Assembly (NCBI GenBank): GCA_050014495.1
Contig: JBEKDF010000034.1
Coordinates: forward strand, 1-32,743
Origin: Candidatus Bathyarchaeia archaeon
GTDB lineage: Archaea > Thermoproteota > Bathyarchaeia > TCS64
Length of the DNA stretch: 32,743 bases
Reading direction: 5' to 3'
Part shown: piece by piece, positions 26,405-32,743 of the stretch
How the letters are laid out: every line of letters starts with the position of its first letter
How positions within the stretch are numbered: the first letter of the stretch is position 1
Notes under the pieces: generated by a model
The model's database searches: none
Told to the model about the DNA's origin: nothing
Seen by the model: the letters and a program-made list of their open reading frames with translations, nothing else
Program-made: the position numbers and the translations under genes

Positions 26405-26421
26405 TGGCATAAGCCTCATCT
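26405..26421 (+). repeat. dif/cer-like site, partial copy 3 (left arm + spacer) at the island border
   Basis: TGGCATAAGCCTCATCT, 17/17 identical to 21002-21018. Confidence 0.65.
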
Positions 26422-26444
26422 AAGCGTCGCATACATCCTCCTGC

Positions 26445-26873
26445 ATGCAGCACGTCTACTTCGAGGTGAAGGGTGACCCGGTGCCAAAGGCACGGGCCCG
26501 AACGGTGCGAAAAGGCGGGAGGACATGGAGCTTCACCCCGAAGAAGGTGGCGGTATGGGAGAAGACTGTGAAGGAGGAGGCCGCTAAACACTTCGAGCAG
26601 CCCCTACACGGGCCGATACAGGTCTCCATGATATTCTACATGGACCGCCCGGAATCGAGGCGCAAAGACATCTGGGTCCCAACCACACCCGACCTCGACA
26701 ACCTCGAGAAAGCCATCCTCGACGCCCTAAACGGCGTCGCCTACGAGGATGACCGCTTCGTCGTCGCAAAGAACGCCCAGAAGAGATACATCCGAAGGGA
26801 CGAGCCAAGGGTCTGCATCAGGGTAACCAGCCTGAGCAAGCAGATCAATATCGAAGAGTTCACGAAGCAATAA
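26445..26873 (+). CDS. rusA: RusA-family Holliday junction resolvase
   Basis: G.PVPKARAR; PDLDNLEKAILDALNGVAYEDD catalytic motif. Confidence 0.9.
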   Translation: MQHVYFEVKGDPVPKARARTVRKGGRTWSFTPKKVAVWEKTVKEEAAKHFEQPLHGPIQVSMIFYMDRPESRRKDIWVPTTPDLDNLEKAILDALNGVAYEDDRFVVAKNAQKRYIRRDEPRVCIRVTSLSKQINIEEFTKQ

Positions 26874-26920
26874 AGAAGCTCCGATAAGGTTTTACAGTGG
26901 GTCCAGTCAACTCTAGCTGG

Positions 26921-27008
26921 GCCGGGGTAGCCAAGCGGACCACGGCGCCAGTCTTGAAAACTGGTGCTCCTTGCGAGCCCATGGGTTCGAATCCCATCCC
27001 CGGCGCCA
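26921..27008 (+). tRNA. tRNA-Ser (anticodon UGA)
   Basis: GCCGGGG/CCCCGGC acceptor stem, G discriminator plus CCA; CCAGT-CTTGAAA-ACTGG anticodon arm; long variable arm; ATGGG-TTCGAAT-CCCAT T arm. Confidence 0.95.
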
Positions 27009-27067
27009 CTTCAAAAAACGATAACCCCCAACGGACTAGGGGATCGCCAGAACAAATTGATCGAAGC

Positions 27068-28258
27068 TTACCTTAGATACGCCGCCATGAGCTTAATTAT
27101 CTTCCCGGGCGACCTAGCGCAAATCTTCGCGACTGTTCTCTTCGTGTTCTGCCCGTTGGCCAATGAGAGAATCTCCTCATTCGTTATTATCGTCGAGAGT
27201 ATGTTTAGGTCATCGTCGCTGAACTTGTCGAGCATCTCGAGTATCCTGCGGCTGTCCCTCATCCTCTTTCCCCAGTACCTCTCGAACTTCACCCTGTACT
27301 GGCTGAGCCTCTTCGCAGAGGTATCCTCCCCCACTATCGCGTCAACAGCCTCCTTCCCCGCCATCTTACCCGCCTCTATGCCGCTGTGGATACCCGCCCC
27401 AGTCATGGGCACGAGCTGACCCGCCGCGTCACCGACAAGCATCAGATTATCATCCACAATCTTCTCAAGCATCCCTGAGACAGGCGTCACCCCACCGTTC
27501 CTGCGGAGGACCTTAGCTCCCTCGAAGCGGGTGTCGGCTTCCAAGAATCTCTTGAGATAGTTGATGGCTGGCTCCGTGTGGATGTTTCTCACACCCAGAC
27601 CGACATTGGCTACCTCCTCGTTCTTCGGGAAAACCCATGCATAGCCACCAGGCGCGTACTTGAACCCGACATAGAACTCGTTCGTTGAGGGATCCTCAAG
27701 ATGTAGCCCACCGAGTTGATACTGCGCGCAAGTGACGACGTCCGGGTACCACCTCTCCAACCCCGCCGAGCGGCGAACTATAGACCAGTAACCATCCGCA
27801 CCTATCGTGACCTTCGCCTTTATCTTCACTTGTTCGTCGCCATGCTCGGCCATCACCCCAGCGACCTTACCGTTCACCCTGAAGACACCCGTCGCCTTTG
27901 TATCGGTCATCAACTCGGCCCCAGCCTTCACCGCCAAGTCCCCAATAGCCTTATCAAAGAACTGTCGGTTCAGAGTATAACCGACCCAGTCATCACTCGT
28001 AAGGTCTATATGATTCCCGTTGGGGGCGAAAACCCTAGCGCGGGTTATCTTCTGCGCCACAAGCGGGGCAACCGGCTCTAGCCCCGCATCCTTAATTCCG
28101 TTGAGGCTCAGCCCCTCAGCACAGAATACTGGGGATCCAATCACCGGGTGCTCCTCTAGGAGAACTACATGCGCGCCGGCAGCCGCTGCGGCCCTGGCAG
28201 CCGACGATCCAGCGGGCCCACCGCCCACCACAACGACGTCGCAGTCAACAAGCCGCAT
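27068..28258 (-). CDS. Digeranylgeranylglycerophospholipid (geranylgeranyl) reductase
   Basis: VVGGGPAGS, CAEGLS, GADG, APGGYAWVFPK and LVGDAAG..PMTGAGI motifs. Confidence 0.92.
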   Translation of the reverse strand: MRLVDCDVVVVGGGPAGSSAARAAAAAGAHVVLLEEHPVIGSPVFCAEGLSLNGIKDAGLEPVAPLVAQKITRARVFAPNGNHIDLTSDDWVGYTLNRQFFDKAIGDLAVKAGAELMTDTKATGVFRVNGKVAGVMAEHGDEQVKIKAKVTIGADGYWSIVRRSAGLERWYPDVVTCAQYQLGGLHLEDPSTNEFYVGFKYAPGGYAWVFPKNEEVANVGLGVRNIHTEPAINYLKRFLEADTRFEGAKVLRRNGGVTPVSGMLEKIVDDNLMLVGDAAGQLVPMTGAGIHSGIEAGKMAGKEAVDAIVGEDTSAKRLSQYRVKFERYWGKRMRDSRRILEMLDKFSDDDLNILSTIITNEEILSLANGQNTKRTVAKICARSPGKIIKLMAAYLR

Positions 28259-28297
28259 GGTAATCAAATAGTCGCCCGCGGCTTTCGTATATTAAGG

Positions 28298-28516
28298 CTA
28301 TCTCTCAAGTACCTTCTGGGCAGCTATCTCAATATCCTTGGCCTTCACCGTCTTTCTGCCAGCGTGCTTTGCGTAGTCGAGGGCCTCCTTCGCAACCTTG
28401 ACCCCGATCTCCTCAAGGGCCTTCCCCAGCGCAATGGCGCTCTCTTCACTCACCCTGTCCGCACCTGCGCGCTTGATCAGTTTGTGCATTGGAGCAACTT
28501 TAATCTCATTAGTCAA
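28298..28516 (-). CDS. Archaeal histone (HMf-like)
   Basis: AP..KLIKRAGADRVSE..AKHAGRKTVKAKDI. Confidence 0.95.
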   Translation of the reverse strand: MTNEIKVAPMHKLIKRAGADRVSEESAIALGKALEEIGVKVAKEALDYAKHAGRKTVKAKDIEIAAQKVLER

Positions 28517-28765
28517 GTGAAATCCACCTTAATATAATCCAGCTTTACCTAAATATTTAATACTTTTCCCTTTTTCCTGTAAATGAACTCAAAAATTGGG
28601 TTATACTCGTTTTAGGGGTAATTAGTAGCCCCTTCGCGCGCGCAGTAGTCGAATAAGCTGATGCCAGTTCAAGGCACCCGCCACACTGAGTGGGCATTCG
28701 AGATAAACGTTTAAATGAGTGCCCAAGCCCCATAAACCATCGACAAACCGACCTGGTGGTTGCAA

Positions 28766-28996
28766 GTGGGTAAAGTAAGGACTGAGATGGTCAAAAGATT
28801 GTCACTCGAGCTCATTGAAAAGTACCCGAAGAGCTTCAACACAGAATTCGACCAAAACAAAAAGTTCCTTACGGAGCTCAACGTAGGCGTGTCGAAGAAG
28901 ATGAAGAACAAGGTCGCAGGTTATGTCACCAGGGTAGTGAAGTCAGACCTCATGGCCGTAGAGTACGAGGGCGAAGTAGAACCCGATAGCATCTAA
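28766..28996 (+). CDS. rps17e: 30S ribosomal protein S17e
   Basis: GKVRTE.VKR..FD.NKK..SKK.KNKVAGYVT; GTG start at 28766 (or 28760). Confidence 0.95.
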   Translation: MGKVRTEMVKRLSLELIEKYPKSFNTEFDQNKKFLTELNVGVSKKMKNKVAGYVTRVVKSDLMAVEYEGEVEPDSI

Positions 28997-29029
28997 AACC
29001 TTCATGCCTCACGAACGTTTTCCTCGTCG

Positions 29030-29896
29030 ATGCAAATGATGTCAAGAACGCGGACTGCCTATACCCTAAATCACAATGGGCTACGACTAGACATAGCAAT
29101 TGTAGAGTTAAGCAGCCTGCGAGTCCACGAGGAGACCATACAAGGACATATCGAGGAGCTGAAGCAGAGGCTTTTAGAGCGTGGCTCACTGGGCACACCG
29201 ATAATCGTCGACAGGGCAACGAACATAGTACTCGACGGCATGCACCGGGTTAGGACGCTCAGGGAGCTCGGTTGCCACTACGCCCTAGTCTGCTTCGTCG
29301 ACTACTCGGATCCAAGGATAACATTGGGGCGTTGGTGCAGGACCATCTCCAAACCATTCAACAGAAAGGATGCCGAGAGGATAATCAACAACAACGGAGC
29401 CACTATGCATCCAGCAAGGGGCATTGACCCAACAAAATGTGCTGACCTCCTCCTAGCATTCGCTGACGGTACCTACATTGTTGAATCCCCCGAGAAGGAG
29501 CCAATGTCCATCTACCGCCTCTCCTATAGGTTGGAAAAGTCACTCCTCAGCGAAGGATATACAGTGGCTCACATGGGGGAGGACGATGCGATCCAGTGTC
29601 TTGCTACAGGTAATTTCTCAGCCATACTATATCCACCCGTAATTACGAAGGAACAGGTTGTTGAAGTTGTTCGACGAGGCGAAGTCTTCCCGCCGAAGTC
29701 CACTAAGCACAGGATACCCGCCCGCCCCATAGGGATTATGCTGCCCCTCTCCACCTTAAGAGATGGAGACCGATCCTTGGAGGAGATTAACACTAGCCTA
29801 GGTGTGAAATTGAGGTCATCGAGGCTGAGAAGATTAGCCCCCGGTAGCGTTTATCGTGGTAGACGCTTCGAGTACACCCTATTCATATTCGAATAA
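29030..29896 (+). CDS. ParB/sulfiredoxin-fold protein, SerK-like free serine kinase candidate
   Basis: HEE, PIIVD..VLDGMHR..VDY and C-terminal VFPPKSTKH. Confidence 0.65.
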   Translation: MQMMSRTRTAYTLNHNGLRLDIAIVELSSLRVHEETIQGHIEELKQRLLERGSLGTPIIVDRATNIVLDGMHRVRTLRELGCHYALVCFVDYSDPRITLGRWCRTISKPFNRKDAERIINNNGATMHPARGIDPTKCADLLLAFADGTYIVESPEKEPMSIYRLSYRLEKSLLSEGYTVAHMGEDDAIQCLATGNFSAILYPPVITKEQVVEVVRRGEVFPPKSTKHRIPARPIGIMLPLSTLRDGDRSLEEINTSLGVKLRSSRLRRLAPGSVYRGRRFEYTLFIFE

Positions 29897-30463
29897 CAGG
29901 TAATGTGCGATGTCTCTCTTCTTGAAGCCAGCATCGATGAGCTTCGAGACGATGGCTTCGTTCCTTAATCCCGTGGCTCTTATCTTATCCGCGACCTCAA
30001 GTATACACTCCTTAAGTTCCCAGGGATAGACGACCCACTCATCAACGCTCTCCGCGTAGTAGTCGGGGATGAATCGACTCCAGGGCTTTATGTGGATCGT
30101 GGCGATTCTGACATCTGATGCCCCCTTCTCTTTGAGGTGGTCCCTCGCCTTTATTATTGAGGCACCAGAGTCAGACACATCGTCGACAAGTAGAGCCTTC
30201 TTGCCTGTCAGGTTAGCGTTGACGGGTAAGACAACTACTGGCTCCGGCCGCTTAACCATACCATCATAGGCCTCAACCTGCACACATGCAAGTCTCCGGA
30301 TGTTAAGCTGGTCACAAATTATCCTAGCGGGGGCGAATCCACCCCTACTAATTGCGACTACGACGTCGGGTTGGAAACCCGACTCCTTTATCCTACTCGC
30401 CACGACCTCCACGAGCCTCTGAATGTCATCCCAGGATAAGTGTAGGAAACGAAGCTTCTCCAT
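29879..30463 (-). CDS. Purine (xanthine/guanine) phosphoribosyltransferase
   Basis: LSWDD, AISRGG, LLVDDVSDSGAS PRPP loop, WVVYPWE. Confidence 0.9.
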   Translation of the reverse strand: MEKLRFLHLSWDDIQRLVEVVASRIKESGFQPDVVVAISRGGFAPARIICDQLNIRRLACVQVEAYDGMVKRPEPVVVLPVNANLTGKKALLVDDVSDSGASIIKARDHLKEKGASDVRIATIHIKPWSRFIPDYYAESVDEWVVYPWELKECILEVADKIRATGLRNEAIVSKLIDAGFKKRDIAHYLLFEYE

Positions 30464-30566
30464 GGACCCGCCTCAATAAGGTGATATAATGTAAATCTCT
30501 AATGCGAATATAAGACAGACGCGCCTCTAAACTCGCTTTATATCCGAGCAGCTACGATTCTGGATC

Positions 30567-31424
30567 ATGATTCCCGGAAACGACCTCGGTGAGTGGGCGA
30601 AGAAGCTCATCGAGGGCTTCATAGCCTCACCTGAAAACTCATTCAACGAAATCGGCGAACCCGCCTGGGATGCACCCCTCGTTGGCTTCTCAAGCGGCGC
30701 TGATCCCCTCTACGACTTCTACAAGAAGGACATTGGGAGTTTCTACGTTTCTCCGATTGAGTTCTTCAGAAACGCTTACCCCTCAGTAGAGGTGAAACCC
30801 GGGGATCTCACAGTCATCAGTTGGGTGCTCCCCCAGACGAAGGCCACCAAGTATGACCACAGGAGGGAGACGAAGATGCCCAGTGAGAGATGGGCGCGTT
30901 CGAGGATAATGGGTGAGGGAGTAAACGTCAAGCTTAGGAGATACATGGTAAGGGAGCTCGGGGAGTCCGGGTACCCGGGAGTGGCTCCTATGCTCTCCCC
31001 CCTATGGGAGCAGCACATGTCGGAGAAGTACCTATTTGCCTCATCTTGGTCTGAGAGGCATGCTGCCTATGCCGCGGGGCTAGGCACCTTCGGCTTGAGT
31101 GATGGCTTGATTACCGCTAAGGGGAAGGCTCACAGGGTCGGTTCCGTTGTAGCGAAGATCATGATTCCACCGACTCCCAGACCATACACAGATCATCACG
31201 CCTACTGCCTATGGTACGCCAAGGGAACGTGCGGTGCATGCATTCATAAGTGCCCAGCTGGAGCCATCTCAGAGAAGGGGCATGATAAGCAGAGATGTAG
31301 CGACTATGTCGATACTACGCACGCCTTCGTCGAGGAAAATTACCACTTCAAGGGCTATGGATGTGGTCTCTGCCAGGTCGGCATCCCATGTGAGAGCAGG
31401 ATACCCGAGGGCATAGACCTCTGA
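30567..31424 (+). CDS. Epoxyqueuosine reductase (QueG)-like 4Fe-4S protein
   Basis: WSERHAAYAAGLGTFG; CGACIHKCP and CGLCQVGIPC clusters. Confidence 0.8.
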   Translation: MIPGNDLGEWAKKLIEGFIASPENSFNEIGEPAWDAPLVGFSSGADPLYDFYKKDIGSFYVSPIEFFRNAYPSVEVKPGDLTVISWVLPQTKATKYDHRRETKMPSERWARSRIMGEGVNVKLRRYMVRELGESGYPGVAPMLSPLWEQHMSEKYLFASSWSERHAAYAAGLGTFGLSDGLITAKGKAHRVGSVVAKIMIPPTPRPYTDHHAYCLWYAKGTCGACIHKCPAGAISEKGHDKQRCSDYVDTTHAFVEENYHFKGYGCGLCQVGIPCESRIPEGIDL

Positions 31425-31474
31425 TGGAAACAGATAAAGAGTCGCCAGACTAGTCTCCTCCAACTCTGGGTGAT

Positions 31475-32026
31475 GTGTTGGCTCGCGCACTATTTGTCGG
31501 TAGATTCCAACCTTTCCACTTCGGTCACCTCCACGCGATACAGACGATTCTCGAAGAGGCCGAGGAACTCATAATCGTAGTGGGCAGCGCTCAGATGAGC
31601 CACGAACCAGATAACCCCTTCACCGCCGGTGAGCGCATTGAAATGATAAGAGCTGCCCTGAAAGAGGCTGGTGTGAAGAGGGAGAGGTACATGCTCATCC
31701 CAATAGCTGATGCCCCAAGCCACAGAACCTGGGTGAGCTACGTCGAGTCCCAGACACCACGCTTTGACATTGTCTACTCAAACCAAGCATTGACGCGTAG
31801 GCTCCTCATAGAAGCGGGTTACATAGTGAAGGAGATCCCACTCCATAAGAGGAGTAAGTATGAGGCCACAGAGATTAGGCGTCGCATCCTCAAAGGGGAG
31901 AACTGGGCAGATCTCGTCCCCGCCTCCGTACACCGCATAGTTGAAGAAATAGATGGTGAAAACCGAATAAGAGACCTCAGCAAATCCGACACCATACGGG
32001 TGCGCGAAGACAACCAATCAGGTTAA
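31475..32026 (+). CDS. nadM: Nicotinamide-nucleotide adenylyltransferase
   Basis: GRFQPFHFGH, GSAQ.SH..NPFTAGER, ATEIR, W..LVP. Confidence 0.92.
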   Translation: MLARALFVGRFQPFHFGHLHAIQTILEEAEELIIVVGSAQMSHEPDNPFTAGERIEMIRAALKEAGVKRERYMLIPIADAPSHRTWVSYVESQTPRFDIVYSNQALTRRLLIEAGYIVKEIPLHKRSKYEATEIRRRILKGENWADLVPASVHRIVEEIDGENRIRDLSKSDTIRVREDNQSG

Positions 32027-32030
32027 CCAA

Positions 32031-32690
32031 TTGTACCTCAAACTTGACCCCGAGCTCGGCTCCAAGTTTCCTGGATTATCCGCGAGAATTGTCAAAATCC
32101 ATGGCTTGAAGATCACGACTCAGAGTCCTGAATTGGAAGCCTTCAAGACGCAGGTCTTGGAGGAAGCTGTACGGAGGTATAGAGTCGAAGAACTGAAGGA
32201 CAATCAGGTCTTCCGGGCATACCGAGACTTCTTCTGGATGGTTAAAGTTGATCCGACGAAGACTCGCCCCGCGGCAGAGGCACTACTCAGAAGGATGCTG
32301 CATGGAAATCCTCCACCAACTATCAACACACTCGTAGACGCCTACAACTTGGCATCTGTTGACACCTGTACCCCATTCGGCGCCTTCGACCTCGATAAGA
32401 TGAGGGGCGAACCCATCATGAGAGAAGCGAAGACTGGTGAGGAGTTCCTCGGCATAGGAATGCAGAGACCCATCACCCTTGGTGGAGGGGAGGTGGTAAT
32501 ACAGGACGATGAGAGACTCATAGCGGTCTACCCATACAGAGACGCGGAGTACAGCAAGGTCACCACGTCAACGAGTAATATCCTCCTCATGACCTGCGGG
32601 GTCCCCGGAGTTGGAGACGAGGCCCTAAGTAACGCGGAGACGACATGTATAGGGTATATTAGGAGATTTTGCGGTGGTATCCCCGCCTAG
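32031..32690 (+). CDS. B3/B4 (PheRS-beta editing-like) domain protein
   Basis: AYRDFFW..DPTKTRPAAEALLRR..INTLVDAYNLAS..GAFDLD. Confidence 0.88.
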   Translation: MYLKLDPELGSKFPGLSARIVKIHGLKITTQSPELEAFKTQVLEEAVRRYRVEELKDNQVFRAYRDFFWMVKVDPTKTRPAAEALLRRMLHGNPPPTINTLVDAYNLASVDTCTPFGAFDLDKMRGEPIMREAKTGEEFLGIGMQRPITLGGGEVVIQDDERLIAVYPYRDAEYSKVTTSTSNILLMTCGVPGVGDEALSNAETTCIGYIRRFCGGIPA

Positions 32691-32699
32691 GTGGTACCC

Positions 32700-32743
32700 T
32701 TGTTAGAGATAGACGGTTCACTGATGGAGGGGGGTGGCCAGCT
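32700..32743 (+). CDS. rtcA: RNA 3'-terminal phosphate cyclase, 5' end (runs off window)
   Basis: LLEIDGSLMEGGGQ, matching the EIDGSxxEGGGQ N-terminal signature. Confidence 0.8.
   Translation, partial: MLEIDGSLMEGGGQ

Noticed and set aside
1..26421. Junction repeats as a CRISPR array
   Set aside because: Copies are 0.1-2.5 kb apart, in both orientations and degenerate; there are no uniform spacers or cas genes.
1..26421. Classical integron (attC/attI, intI)
   Set aside because: I saw no RYYYAAC..GTTRRRY hairpin sites after genes; cargo is in both orientations; no integrase ORF is present.
26921..27008. tRNA-Ser as the att site of the island
   Set aside because: No duplicated tRNA fragment was seen in the window, and rusA lies between the tRNA and the island.
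964..32017. Many 60-180 aa antisense or alternate-frame ORFs (e.g. 1533..1880, 7736..8140, 14763..15299, 26964..27419)
   Set aside because: They overlap well-supported genes or the tRNA and have no recognisable motifs, so they are shadow ORFs.

Overview
Archaeal DNA, as shown by a histone, S17e, geranylgeranyl reductase and GGTGA-type ribosome-binding sites. The gene repertoire suggests Bathyarchaeia (inference). The window has two parts. (1) About 26.4-32.7 kb is a compact, housekeeping-like block: RusA, tRNA-Ser(UGA), GGR, histone, rps17e, a SerK-like ParB protein, a purine PRTase, a QueG-like protein, NMN adenylyltransferase, a B3/4 protein and the start of RtcA. (2) About 1-26.4 kb is an accessory mosaic of 1-3-gene modules in both orientations, several truncated or frameshifted. 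About 20 copies of a short intergenic site (GGATAAG-RCTAT, with a CAGGTGGAAGTGA or TTTGGGTTTGGG outer arm) punctuate this region. It also carries three dif/cer-like sites (TGG[C/T]ATAAGCCTCATCT), alternating purine-pyrimidine tracts at junctions, a duplicated 105-bp promoter/leader in front of two different genes, and other short repeats. My best reading is a non-attC, integron- or dif-module-like gene-cassette array that continues past the left edge. No recombinase gene is recognisable in the window, so the mechanism is inferred. All alignments and family calls were made by eye.
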